This document shows, one piece after another, positions 44,301-53,764 of a DNA stretch of 64,000 bases. The position numbers were made by a program, and so were the translations under genes. Within the stretch, counting starts at the first letter, position 1; each line of letters starts with the position of its first letter. The notes beneath the pieces were generated by a model. It saw only the letters and a program-made list of their open reading frames with translations. It made no database searches and was not told the origin of the DNA. Origin of the DNA: Eledone cirrhosa (lineage: Eukaryota); contig OZ024743.1 of assembly GCA_964016885.1 (NCBI GenBank), positions 12,400,001 to 12,464,000 of the forward strand, in the 5' to 3' direction.

Positions 44301-45768
44301 GTCCCACCTGACACTCAGCTCTCACCTGTGACCCCAAGAAGCTGTAGCATGAGACAGCAGCCACACCCTGGTAAACCGCCTTAGCTGGCGGACTGAACCA
44401 GGTTGAGGATAGCCGGACGGGTCTGAAACCCCCCGGTGAGTTAGATAGGGGATGCCTACTCCTGCATGCGAAGACTGGACCCGGTGGAGTGAGTGGAGGA
44501 CAACATCGTCCCAATGTCCCAAGGCGGCGACAGCAAGCGGTGTGGAGTGCTAGGGCACGGCAAGGCACTACAGACGTTGTGGCCATCCACTGCAGCCAAG
44601 GAAGTCCCTGGTCGTGACGGTCCTCCGTACCACCGGATTCTGGCTTCTGCGGCTGAGTGAGTGGGACCATCACTGTACACTGGCCCTCCCACCATAAACC
44701 TTTCCTGCACAGGTTTCTTCTTTAGCGTGCACTCCCAAAGCCCTGCGGCGATGGGCAAGAGGCGGAGGTAACAGGTGAAGGTAACCTCTAGGCTCCAAGC
44801 GACTCCGGTCTCTTCCCCTGCCCCCACTGTCCTCGGACCTGCAAGTCAAGGATCGGCCTCCACAGCCACCTTCGCGCCCACGGCAGACGGGAACAACAAT
44901 GATGAAGATGTCACCATCGTTTATGATGGACAACCAAGAGAGATATATATGTATGTATATGTATGTGTATGTGTAACGTAACCCAGTACAATCTGTGCAT
45001 GGTAGGGTCATCAGCGACTAAACCGGCAACCACACCAAGTGAGGAGGGTGAATTAGGACACCCTGCAGGATGAAAAACAAAACCCGTCAAAACGAGGGTG
45101 AAAGGTCATCCGATAAAGTCTTTTTTTCTTTTTTTGTGGAGCAAGAGACTCCTAATCTTCATTAAGACATTTCTCTAGAAGGTCACTTTCATATAAAACC
45201 TGCGACTTAGTTTGCATCCAATGATGTAGACCAGTGCTTCTTTTTGGGTAAATGCATTCGATGTTCAGAGAGTGGGATTCACCCTGTGCAAAGCCTTTCC
45301 TCACTTAAAAAAGCTTCAAGAACAGACACAGGCATCGCTTGATATGTGATATTTTTTGTGATGCATAGTATTGCTGGCCATAGGCAAGTTCCTAGCAAGA
45401 CTGAAAAGCCACGTCCATAATGATCATGCTTAAGTATCAAACAATAGCATTACTCAAAATTGAGTTGCAGCTATCATATAATCATACATTCTATTCTAAG
45501 GCGGGTAAAATTCCCGAGATCCATGGACGAGTTCTCTCCAGTGGTCTCTGTCCCTCATTATCGCTGCCATGTCCTGCGTCTCCAACAGACCAGTGTCTGT
45601 CCTTAGGGCATCAACATACGTTAACCTTGGTCTTCCTCTTCTAGTGTGTCCATGTAGGGGCTCCCAAAGGAGCACTGAGTGCAATGTCAACTCTGGATGT
45701 CGGTGAGCATGTCCAGCTAACCTCAGTCTCCTCTAATCATACATACATACACAAATACACACATGCAC

Positions 45769-45799
<31 letters not shown>

Positions 45800-45893
45800 A
45801 ATATGCATGCGTTAATATATTCTGTGTGTGTGTGTATGTATATGTGTATTCATACATACATATTCAAACACACACAAATATGCATGTATTCAT

Positions 45894-45965
<72 letters not shown>

Positions 45966-48900
45966 GTGCGTGTGTGCGTGTGCGTGTGTGTGTTCATGTG
46001 TGTGTGTTCGTGAAAATGTGTGAATAATTGACCAAAGCACAGCTGAAGCATCAACATATGATTTGTGTGATTTGAAAAGAAACAATAGTTGTACGCTATC
46101 AAGAGAGAACAATTATTTTTCCCAATCTTGACAAAAAGAAATACTTCTATTACAACACAAAATAATTTGAGTTTATCACACAAGGAATATATATATCACC
46201 GTTTTTACATCCACTTTTCCATGCTTGCTTATATATAGAGAGAGAGAGAGAGGAAGGGAAATAGATGTATATACTATATGTAATGGAATTTGCATTTCCA
46301 TAACTCAGATGTAAACCTAGAACCTATATACTACTTCAATATGAAAAGAAGCAACTACAACCACCAACAACAACACTGCCAACACCAACACCACCAATAC
46401 TAACACTACCAACACCACTACCACCAACACCACTACCACCAACACCACTACCACCAACACCCCCATTTCTACCACTACCAACACCAACACCACAACCACC
46501 AACACTACCACCACCAACACCATCATCAACAGAATTAAAGACTTAGAGTCATCTGAATCAAACATTTTTAAATCGCTTCTAACATTAAAATTTGCAACAC
46601 CACTAAATCAATCTTACAATTATTTAAATTCAACATAACAAATTTTATGGTTTGTAATAAAACCTTTATTTTTGCAAGCAAAACTAAGAATCTCTATAAA
46701 ATAGGAAACAAGTTCCACAAACAATTACTTGTAAACAATATAACCCAAAACTATAAGAAAACTAATATATAGGCTTATAATAGGATAAATAACGAAGCAA
46801 ACTAAATACTATGTAACCATAATATAGATACTATACTAGAAACACTAACTAAAGAGCTTTTCACTTCTAGCTGAAAATGTAGGTTCATTAACCCTGCCAA
46901 ATCTAAAATAGGCTTGATCAGAAAGCAAATACTCAGCAACATCAACAATAATATGAGAAGTGTGACTAGCCTGCAGCAAAGAAAGAATAGTTGTTCAATA
47001 ATAAATTGGTTCAACAACATTAGCAATAAAATAGACATAATTTCACCCAATTCAACAGTGTAGACTTTTACTTCTCCATTTGTAAGACCCTTCTCGTTTG
47101 TGCATTAAAGTTCACAATATTTGATGCAGAGTTGTGGGGAATTATCATAGGTTCAGCTAAAGAAATGCCATGGCTTTCTATTTACTGATAGTTTATCAAA
47201 CCTAGAACTATTTCAATCAAGAAAAGGGGGTCAGGTTAGAAATATTGAGAGTGCTCTGCAAAGAATAGATAACTATCTTTTAGAGAATAATAAACAAATG
47301 ATACCAAGCCATACAGATATTATAGGAAATAGGAAAACAGATGAATTAGCAAAGGAGGGAGTACAAAGGGAAATAATAGATACTGACTACATCCCAAATC
47401 TATTGCAAGTGAAATCATTTAGCAAAAGTACAATTAGTCAAGGGTGGGAAAAATTGAGGGAAGAATCCAGAGATAAGTTCTCAAATGTCAATCCTCCACT
47501 TTCTCAACCAGATCTGGCAACATTTAAAACATATCAGAGACTGAGCAATATTAATATTTAAAAAAACTATACTGGCTTCAAACTGGACATATACTATTGA
47601 ATTACATTTTTCATGAACTGGTCTTAGAAAATCAACTCTATGTTCTTATAGTGACTTCCCAGAAACTCTTCGACACTATTTGTTCCAATATAAAAACTAT
47701 CAGTCTGAGAGAGCGGACATCTTGAAGCCAAATTGGAGGTTACAAAAAGATTCAACAGTCTTCTAGCTGCTTTACAGCTCCCTTGCTTCCCATTTTTTCT
47801 TTATCTTTTTTATGCTTATTTTTCCTTCCGTTGGCCTTCCCTATTTAACTTTCTCATTTTAGTTTAGTTTATTTTATTTTAATATTCACTTATCTTTGTA
47901 AGTTTTGTTTTGTTTTTTTTTGTTTCTCAACTGTAAGAAGTATTAAAACTTCTTCTAGTATGTCACAGCTTACTAGCTCCATACAGATGTTTAAATTGAT
48001 TAAATAAAAAAATAACAATATTGGTGACAATGAAATAAAAATTATATTCCATGCAAGAAAGACTATTTTGCAATAAGGGTTCCAACTAAGTAAAAAAAAT
48101 TCAACTCAACAGATGCATTTACCATTAGGATGGGTGTATATGTTAACTTAGAAGTATGTGACTTTATAGGTCTAACCTACTGTCTAATAATGAAATATTT
48201 GACAATCCACTGTACTACAATGCAGCCATAAAACAAGTGCTTTCAAGGAAGGATTCACATATTTACACCACAACTCACAACAACAAAAACACAAGTGGAA
48301 AGCATAAAATATGGTTTCCACTCCTTTTATCATACAGTGTCATGTTACATAATAATCATCATCATTTTTTTTATGTCTGCTGTAGATTGGCAGTATTAGT
48401 AGATTGTCAAACAACTTGCTTTGTAGTTTTTAATTATGACTTTCTATGTTCTTATGGGTTATAAATTCCTGAAAATGTGACATCAATATATTCTTAGTAT
48501 ATATATATATATATATATATATTGGTTTCTTATATAGGCACAAGGCCAGCAATTTTGGGAGAGTGGAAAGTCGATTATATCAACCCCAGTGCATGACTGG
48601 TACTTTATTTTATTGACATCATAAGGATGAAAGGCAAAGTTAACCTGGGCGGGATTTGAACTCAGATCATAAAGGGTCGTAACTCTATGTTGCAAAGCAT
48701 GGCGTCCGACCCTCTACCGATACTGCTAATCCAGTCAATCAACTTTCATCAAATCGGACCGAGGAAACTATGTTTCCATTCGTCTTTCTAATTACAAATG
48801 CTCTCTATCGGTAGAAGGAGCAACATGAAATAAAGTGTTGTGCCCAAGGATATAACGCATCACCCAGCCCAGCAATTGAACTCGCAACCACACGATTGCG

Positions 48901-51411
48901 AATCCAATTCTCTAACCACTCAGCCACGCACCTTGGAGTGGGGAGACCCCCCAAGAAGACTTGGGACAAGGTGATAAAAGCTGACCTCGCCAAATTGCAT
49001 CTCTCAAAGCAGATGACACAGGACTACGTACAAGTGACTCTATATGTATCTGTATGTCTGAGCGAAAGACTGTGAATGTATGCACTCTTGTCTACTATAA
49101 CTAACCCCTCCTCCATACCAGTCTGTCAATGCTTAATTGTGTGTATGAGTGCCTGTTTAGGCAAAACTAAATGTTTTTATGATCCTCTATGCTTCACTAA
49201 CAACTGCTTATCACCAACCTATTAAATTTGATAAAATAATTTCTAGATTGGTTTTTTTTGCCATAACACAATGAACTAAAACCCACTATCTCACTAATAG
49301 GTCTAACTTCCTTATTTTTTGTCTCCTACACAAACCTCATCAATTCTCTCTATTCCTCTCCCCAACCCTAACCACACTGGACAGAATTTCTTTTTTCCTG
49401 ACTGATTTTTAAAGTGTGAATAAAAATCGTACTTCGTTGTGTCTTGGGAAGACAGAGTGATTGGTCTTGAATATTGGCACTGGGAATCTAACCCATGCTA
49501 GCGTGGAAGATAGACGTTAAACGATGATGATGATGATGATGATGAATAGGTGGTGATGGGACCAATACATGAAGTTTGATCATTCAATTTACCATAACCA
49601 GTCAGCCCTCTGAAACGATTGTAAAACAATGAAGTTTTAACAACCTATATTTGACCTTTGTTTTGTTTTCATTCTTCAAAATACACATACACATGGTTTA
49701 GTGGTTAGAGCATTGGGCTTGCAATTGAAAGGTTGTGAGTTCAATTCTCAGACCGGGTGATGTGTTGTTTCCTTGAGCAAGACACTTTATTTCACATTGC
49801 TCCAGTTTACTCAGCTGTAGAAATGAGATGATAGGGACTGGGGTCTATATCATTCCACTGCAAAGTGGTTGTGGAGGTGCCACGGCAAAAAAGCACCCAG
49901 CACTCACTGTAAATGAGGTTGGTGTTAGGAAGGGCATCCAGCTGTAGAAATCGAGCCAGAATCAGTTCCCGTCCCACCCTTGCAAGCAGGGAAAAAGCAG
50001 ACGTAAAATGAAATGAATGATGAAAATGATGATGTATGTATGTATAATTTTAGTATACCAAATTGATTAATATTCATGCTGTAGTGAGAGAAAAACACAG
50101 AGGGAGCGTGAATGACACAGAAATATTTGTGTGTATTTATAAATAAATATATATATATATAATAATAATAATTGTTTCTACTTTTGGCACAAGGCCAGCA
50201 ATTACCCAAAACATTACTGGTACTTTATTTTATCGACCCCGTAAGGATGAAAGGCAAAGTCAACCTCGGCGGGATTTGAACTCAGACCGTAAAGAGACGT
50301 AACTATGCTGGAAAGCATGGCGTCCAACTCTCTACCGATACTGCCAATTCACCATTGGAAGAAAGTCATCAGAAGAATTGATGTAATCTCCAACCATATT
50401 CTCACTCACTCAATGCTTTAATTAAGCCAGCATTATTAAGATTCTAACCAAAGTTATCTCATGTTGTAGATGACCCGTTTATATATATATACACACTTGT
50501 AAATGTGGTTGTGACTCCCAAACTATGGCTCCACAGTGAGAAGGGTATGGCTCGGCAAACTGGCTTATCCAATACTGTAAATGTGGGTGTGGCTCCCAAA
50601 CTATGGCTGTGCAGTGAGCAGGGTATGGTGTGCCAACTAGCCTGTCCTGCCTCATAACAGTACCATCCAGTTCCACACTGTAAGTATGTGCTTGGTGTTA
50701 GGATGGGCATCCAGCTGTAAAAATCCCGGCTAAATTTTACAGTTCTCTCTGGACATGGTACAGGGTGGCGAATCTGGCCAGACTTGTCTCATGTCATGGA
50801 CAACCCGTCTAACCCATTCAAGCATGGAAAATGGATATTAAATGATAATGATGATGTGTGTATATATATATATATATATATCAATGATATTAATAAATGG
50901 AAACTATATTTATAAAACCATATTTATTCTATTATATATATTTCAAGGGAACCAAAACTTTGGTACGCCCTCATCAGATAAAATACAAAGTTTGTTTTAT
51001 AAATATTGACATATCCAGGAAGGAGATCTTAACGATTCAAGTTTTTCCTGGAAAAACATATCCAGGAAGGAGATCTTAACGGTTCAAGTTTTTCCTGGAA
51101 AAACTTGAACCGTTAAGATCTCCTTCCTGGATATGTCAATATTTATAAAACAAACTTTGTATTTTATCTGATGAGGGCGTACCAAAGTTTTGGTTCCCTT
51201 GAAATATATATAATAGAATAAATACGGTTTTATAAATATAGTTTCCATTTATTAATATCATTGATATTATACTCCAGAAAACCTGCTGAGTGCTTCGAAG
51301 CAGTTATAAATATATATATTTATTGAATTACCAACAAATTAAATATCCCTTTTGCTTATATATATATAATCACCTTTCCTACCCGCCGAAATGCGATTCT
51401 CGCTGAATCTA

Positions 51412-51449
<38 letters not shown>

Positions 51450-53392
51450 GCAAAAGAAAGAGATCAAAAGAGAGAAAGAGATATGCAGTAAGAAAAGTTG
51501 ACATAAATGCAGATGTGTATTTATCAATAAAATAATCAAATATTTTGCAGCATACCTGTTATTTTCACTCAGAGAAACTTTGACAAACAACATGTTTGGA
51601 TTGACATGAAGTCTATAGAGTGTTTTGAAATTATTAACGCCAGGTACATAACAATCATCTACCATGATAAAGTTGTCAATCTGTCAAAGATAGGAAACAC
51701 TTCAGATATATTTTCCCAGAATTTCTAAGTCAGATTCATCATACTATTTTTTTTTTTTTAAATATCATATTTTTCAAACTACATGATGCACCTTGATTTA
51801 AAAAAAAAAAAAATGGAAGAAAAAATGTTATAGTAGATTAAAAGATTTTTATTGCACAAAAGTTCAACTAGTTATTAAAGAAACGCATATTGATCCAGAC
51901 ACAAAAAATATTTTGCACGATGTTGAACATTCATTTCTGTATATTAACAAATGCTTTCACCCACACCTAATATCTATCATTCATTCATGTTTTAATGGCA
52001 ATGTTGTTGTTTTTTTTTAGAAAAATATCAATATTCGTGTTAATTATGTATTAAAATAAACTAAACTATATATGCTTATATAGATATACAGCTATACCAA
52101 TGTATTTCTTGCATATAATATATATTATTACTATTACTTCACATAGTTGGGTGAGGGATTGGCAGTGCATCAGACAATAAGCTTTGCAGAATGTAGTTAC
52201 GGCCCATTACAATTCTGAGTTCAAATCCTACCGAGGTTAGCTTTGCATTTTATCCTTACAGGGTCAATAAAATAAAATATCAGTAATGCACTGGGGTCAA
52301 TTTAATCAACTTTACCCTCCCCCAAAATCGTTGGCCTTGTGCCTAAATCAGAAACCATTATATCATGCTAACATGGAAAAATGGACGTTAAACAATGATG
52401 ATGATGATGATACTTATATTTTTAGTGTAAAGTCACCAAATTTTGAGGTAAAAAAAGAAGATCTTATATGTTTGAAATTACAGTAATTAGGTTGTAACAC
52501 GTATTGCTGAAGGTTTTATTTTCTTGTAATGTATCTAGAAGCATGTCAGCTTGGTGCAGCCCATATATTATTTTTATATTGTACCTATCCAGAGGAACTC
52601 ACGTCACAAACCTAGTGAAACACATGTCAGTTTTACTATGCTGCCACTGTTGGCAGTGATGTGTTGTTCCTACTTTGATGTACCAATTTACATTAAGGGG
52701 CTATCCCTCTGTAAGAGATCACATTGGAAGACCATGTTTCACTCATACAGAACTAATTTTGGTTTGGTTTCTACAGCTTGATGCCCTTCCTAATGCCAAC
52801 CACATTTACAGTGTGGGCTGGGTGTTTTTTTGTTGTGACTCCTACATGACCCCCTTTACAGTGTGGGCTGGATGCTTTTTATTGTGACATCTACACGACC
52901 ACTTTACAGTGTAAAGTGATAACACCTTAATCGGTTTTCGGACCCAAGGAAAAGCAAAGTAAAAAGTTATGACATTCATGTCATTTGAATAGGCATTAGC
53001 AGATTAATACTTACGATACCAACCCTCCTGGTCTTTTGATAGATGCTTACTTGTTCTACAGTGTTCATATTTAAATCAAAGAGCCCTTGTTAATTTATGT
53101 TCCAAGCATCAACTTACTATACCAATGTATGAAAAAATTAGGTAATTTATTAAATCACTGAAATTCTTGATCATTTTCAAAATTAACTAAAACCTAGGCA
53201 GAGTATTTTGTTAAAAATATAGACACAAACAGGTTATATGATCTGAAACTGGTTCAATCGGAGACTGAAATCATTTCAAAATGCAGTTTGTTTGTTAGCT
53301 TACTAACTAAAATAAAAAATAAAAATTTTAACTTAAATTGTACTAACCTGTTCTCGGGTTTCAATTTTTGCGTTGAAAAAATTTTCAAATTC
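3752..53392 (-). CDS. TEP1: TEP1-like gene (telomerase protein component 1 / vault p240), partial, 19 exons; DUF4062 + NACHT
   Basis: Manual splicing of 19 GT-AG exons gives a continuous frame (2594 nt). Motifs: WKTVQVFISSTFHDMHGERD, EVDLRWGI, LFIGILGERYGW, SITELE, YPAEWGG, Walker A GKAGCGKS, Walker B ILVFIDGLD, ESFFNNQ, IPYHL. These are collinear with TEP1 as I recall it; no database search was run. Confidence 0.92.
4070..4290 (+). mobile_element. piggyBac-type MITE
   Basis: TTAA on both sides; TIR CCCTTTAGCATTTA/TAAATGCTAAAGGG; 5 related copies in the window. Confidence 0.85.
4512..5799 (-). mobile_element. Tc1/mariner DD37D (maT) DNA transposon, full length
   Basis: Imperfect TIRs CAGGGTGCAGACGATATTT / AAATATTGTCCACACCCTG in a TA-rich context; transposase inside. 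Confidence 0.9.
4636..5666 (-). pseudogene. DD37D transposase pseudogene
   Basis: FSDEK...WQQDSAPCH...SPDCNPLD with 37 residues between 2nd and 3rd D; one frameshift near 5300 and TGA for W at 4855. Confidence 0.9.
6716..6914 (-). mobile_element. piggyBac-type MITE, degenerate copy
   Basis: Reverse-complement similarity to 4070-4290. Confidence 0.7.
7447..7835 (+). mobile_element. Two tandem family A SINEs
   Basis: Two head-to-tail copies (about 7447-7640 and 7643-7835). Confidence 0.85.
9233..9356 (-). CDS. TEP1: TEP1-like exon (ISAELFSQFKDILTNLNFI...LLEYY)
   Basis: AG/GTAAGT; phase 0/1. Confidence 0.9.
9880..10180 (-). mobile_element. CR1-like LINE 3' fragment
   Basis: Reverse complement of the 23780-24060 family (RVVEAWNYL..VVSC). 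Confidence 0.7.
10925..11263 (+). mobile_element. RTE 3'UTR fragment with (GAT)n tail
   Basis: Matches 60935-61240; ends GGACGTTAAATGATGATGAT. Confidence 0.8.
11289..11377 (-). CDS. TEP1: TEP1-like exon (YYYQNADCHLDGSW...ALAVIPYHL)
   Basis: AG/GTAAG; phase 1/0; PYHL motif. Confidence 0.92.
11898..12330 (+). mobile_element. RTE LINE 3' fragment
   Basis: YGSETWT..LERNEASMLRWMC..LRWYGHV..GRPQKTW; (GAT)n tail; starts in a (TA)/(CA) tract. Confidence 0.88.
12628..12728 (-). CDS. TEP1: TEP1-like exon (SGSLRINYKLLRTAIQNRYL...YHQILS)
   Basis: AG/GTAAG; phase 2/1. Confidence 0.9.
13360..13575 (-). mobile_element. Family A SINE
   Basis: Reverse complement of SINE A head and core. Confidence 0.75.
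14128..14335 (-). CDS. TEP1: TEP1-like exon (LLTSELFDLL...NFGETYL)
   Basis: AG/GTAAG; phase 1/2. Confidence 0.9.
15593..15725 (-). CDS. TEP1: TEP1-like exon (VTEKVASFPET...ILERLEEE...SKN)
   Basis: AG/GTAAAC; phase 0/1. Confidence 0.92.
17332..17424 (-). CDS. TEP1: TEP1-like exon (LKVLAWKKEASNPFFLQIACEEMRVFGVFDK)
   Basis: AG/GTAAGT; phase 0/0; NP.FL...CEE.R.FG motif. Confidence 0.93.
17993..18172 (-). CDS. TEP1: TEP1-like exon (GVIFILSV...LGAYRKALSESFFNNQ)
   Basis: AG/GTATG; phase 0/0; ES.FNNQ motif. Confidence 0.93.
19127..19271 (-). CDS. TEP1: TEP1-like exon, NACHT Walker B (KILVFIDGLDLF...LTWL)
   Basis: AG/GTAAAT; phase 2/0. Confidence 0.93.
19425..19620 (+). mobile_element. tRNA-derived CORE-type SINE, family B
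   Basis: GTGTCCTTGGGCAAAGTACTTCATTTC..GCTCCAGTTCACTCAACTAAAAATG resembles a CORE domain. Confidence 0.65.
20224..20396 (-). CDS. TEP1: TEP1-like exon (SKLVHEC...GVAPDST...PVPKEY)
   Basis: AG/GTAAG; phase 0/2. Confidence 0.9.
21730..21902. repeat. (CAT/CAC)n trinucleotide tract (expanded RTE tail)
   Basis: Direct inspection; abuts a minus-strand RTE 3'UTR at about 21900-22330. Confidence 0.9.
22651..22836 (-). CDS. TEP1: TEP1-like exon, NACHT Walker A (FIGRK...LLIEGKAGCGKSAFL)
   Basis: AG/GTGAGT; phase 0/0; P-loop. Confidence 0.95.
23610..24070 (+). mobile_element. CR1-like LINE 3' fragment
   Basis: LRHLATDLVNIHKI..NTRGHA..FFTLRVAEAWNKLPASVV; (ATT)n tail. Confidence 0.8.
24078..24147. repeat. 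(GAA)n microsatellite
   Basis: Direct inspection. Confidence 0.95.
25067..25190 (-). CDS. TEP1: TEP1-like exon (YPAEWGGVKDG...GLEYFAKRIF)
   Basis: AG/GT; phase 2/0; YP.EWGG motif. Confidence 0.93.
26275..26388 (-). CDS. TEP1: TEP1-like exon (KVPKKWMTYFVAEN...SGFDVCN)
   Basis: AG/GTAAG; phase 2/2. Confidence 0.9.
28743..28985 (-). CDS. TEP1: TEP1-like exon, DUF4062 C-part (LFIGILGERYGWVP...SITELEM...FFYFRD)
   Basis: AG/GTAAGT; phase 2/2; motifs. Confidence 0.95.
29527..30520 (-). mobile_element. RTE LINE 3' fragment, young
   Basis: ORF 29827-30276 (LHGSETW..RLRWYGHVMRM..GRPKMTW) plus 3'UTR and (GAT)n tail. Confidence 0.92.
30605..31010 (+). mobile_element. Family A SINE interrupted by piggyBac-MITE body (about 30636-30835)
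   Basis: SINE head 30605-30633, MITE internal sequence, SINE resumes at TTTGCAGTATTTG. Confidence 0.7.
31036..31212 (-). CDS. TEP1: TEP1-like exon, DUF4062 N-part (VFISSTFHDMHGERD...VDLRWGI)
   Basis: Diagnostic DUF4062 motifs; AG/GT; phase 2/2. Confidence 0.95.
32198..32347 (-). CDS. TEP1: TEP1-like exon (FIDTCGDSGQLLHVENIDKAYNL...)
   Basis: AG/GTAAGT flanks; phase 2/2. Confidence 0.9.
33230..33540 (-). mobile_element. Family A SINE plus partial second copy
   Basis: Reverse-complement SINE A motifs. Confidence 0.7.
34830..35210 (+). mobile_element. RTE LINE 3' fragment, degraded
   Basis: EDMWRLERNEAIMLQWMCNV..LGIRGIKCCVQE. Confidence 0.8.
35269..35478 (+). mobile_element. piggyBac-type MITE
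   Basis: TTAA-CCCTTTAGCATTTA...TAAATGCTAAAG..TTAA. Confidence 0.8.
35534..35620 (-). CDS. TEP1: TEP1-like exon (SSTLIEKE...KDIEVAGFSDQIL)
   Basis: AG/GTAAGT flanks; phase 2/2; G.SD.IL motif. Confidence 0.88.
35665..36698 (-). mobile_element. Truncated Penelope-like element (GIY-YIG C-terminus) with inverted terminal arms
   Basis: Minus strand about 36340-36050 reads VYIGEAARSIEERINEHW*..S.LHQH..EH..RQITEAINI..PKLNRKHEW; about 300-bp inverted arms 35665-35968 / 36396-36698. Confidence 0.88.
36502..36544 (+). ncRNA. Degenerate minimal hammerhead-like motif in PLE arm (mirror copy 35819-35861, minus)
   Basis: GTCA-CTGAAGA-G-GT(C/A)AC..GTGAC-GAAA-GAAC-T-T-TGAC; extra nucleotide before stem II. 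Confidence 0.5.
37435..37697 (-). mobile_element. Family B CORE-type SINE
   Basis: Reverse strand: TGGCTTAGTGG A-box, GAGTTCAATTC B-box, CORE-like segment. Confidence 0.75.
38383..38566 (-). mobile_element. Small (TA)n-embedded fold-back element, PLE-like relic
   Basis: About 50-bp inverted arms 38463-38566; minus strand CTGACGA-TTTCTCCTGAAT-GAAACAGTTC. Confidence 0.6.
40264..40318 (+). ncRNA. Minimal type I hammerhead ribozyme
   Basis: ACTGC-CTGAAGA-stem II (11 positions, one C.C mismatch, ATGA loop)-GAAA-TATATA-T-A-GCAGT; predicted cleavage after A40313. Confidence 0.85.
41850..42020 (+). mobile_element. Penelope-like element ORF fragment
   Basis: [45 protein letters not shown] matches my recollection of the PLE RT-endonuclease linker motif. 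Confidence 0.8.
42572..42792 (+). mobile_element. piggyBac-type MITE
   Basis: CCCTTTAGCATTTA...TAAATGCTAAAGGG-TTAA; left TSD reads TTCA. Confidence 0.85.
42829..42924. mobile_element. Tiny Tc1-type MITE
   Basis: TAGAGTATCCCAAAAAA...TTTTTTGGGACACCCTA inverted ends in a TA context. Confidence 0.6.
42927..43626 (+). mobile_element. Internally deleted mariner element
   Basis: TA TSD, about 60-bp perfect TIRs (CGAGGTGTGTCAGAAAAGTTCCAGGACTG...); HTH part (VFEWCKRFKEG..EDDPRS.RPST) joined to C-terminus (KCIRLQGDYFEG); DDD core missing. Confidence 0.92.
44213..44940 (+). mobile_element. GC-rich RTE (BovB-like) 5' region
   Basis: Motifs CACTCAGCTCTCACCTGTG and GGCCATCCACTGCAGCCAAGGAAG resemble RTE 5'UTRs as I recall them; bounded by (TA/TG)n. 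Confidence 0.55.
45496..45735 (-). mobile_element. RTE LINE 3' fragment, second family
   Basis: RLRLAGHAHRHPE..VLLWEPLHG..RGRPRLTYVD. Confidence 0.8.
45897..46010. repeat. (TG)n microsatellite
   Basis: Direct inspection. Confidence 0.95.
46350..46530. repeat. 15-bp ACC/AAC minisatellite
   Basis: Repeated AACACCACTACCACC units. Confidence 0.85.
47150..48012 (+). mobile_element. RNase H-containing LINE 3' remnant (I-group-like)
   Basis: IPSHTDIIGNRKTDELAKEG (RNase H C-terminus), LQTGH..LN and ETLRHYL zinc-knuckle remnants, A-rich tail. Confidence 0.7.
48520..48735 (-). mobile_element. Family A SINE
   Basis: Reverse-complement copy. Confidence 0.8.
50165..50355 (-). mobile_element. Family A SINE, young
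   Basis: Close match to 7643-7835. Confidence 0.85.
50925..50985 (-). ncRNA. Minimal type I hammerhead ribozyme (left arm)
   Basis: Reverse complement of 51160-51220. Confidence 0.72.
51160..51220 (+). ncRNA. Minimal type I hammerhead ribozyme (right arm)
   Basis: TATTTTAT-CTGATGA-GGGCGTACCAAAGTTTTGGTTCCCTT-GAAA-TATATA-T-A-ATAGAATA; predicted cleavage after A51212. Confidence 0.75.
51556..51680 (-). CDS. TEP1: TEP1-like exon (IDNFIMVDD...LYRLHVNPNMLFVKVSLSENN)
   Basis: AG/GT flanks; YR.HVNPN.LFV motif; phase 0/2. Confidence 0.85.
53348..53392 (-). CDS. TEP1: TEP1-like exon (EFENFFNAKIETREQ)
   Basis: ttttcag acceptor, gttagt donor, 45 nt, phase 0/0, in frame with the next exon. Confidence 0.7.
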
Positions 53393-53764
53393 CTGAAAAA
53401 TAAAACAATTGAAATATAATCCATTGTTCAAAGAATTTTAATGTAATTTTAAATAGAGAGACTTTGAGTGGCAGGTGTTATTTTTTTTTTGTTCACTCAT
53501 CTTCAACATTTGAGTATGAGGAAATCATTAAACAGACTTCTACTTTTCTTAAACCAGGCATCCAGTAACAGCTATTAATTTGGTATAATTAACATTCTGA
53601 TGGTGAGGAGAGACAAAAAAGAAAAAAACTTAAGAAAACAGCATAAATATAATAGAATCAATTACAAGCTGCCTGCTGGATGACTGATCGTTTCTGAAAC
53701 CATACACTGGAAAACACTTTCGAGATTGTCAAATAACACTAATTTGCCCATTATAATATGCAAC

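Larger units (their letters stand above)
50878..51357 (+). mobile_element. Fold-back PLE-like element with hammerheads
   Basis: Palindrome 50878-51267 centred on T51096 with a 47-bp internal tandem duplication; unique tail to about 51357; (TA)n flanks. Confidence 0.8.

Noticed and set aside
44008-45011. Long GC-rich ORFs (221, 123, 113 aa) as a nested gene
   Set aside because: No recognisable domains; they cross microsatellites and retroelement 5' sequence.
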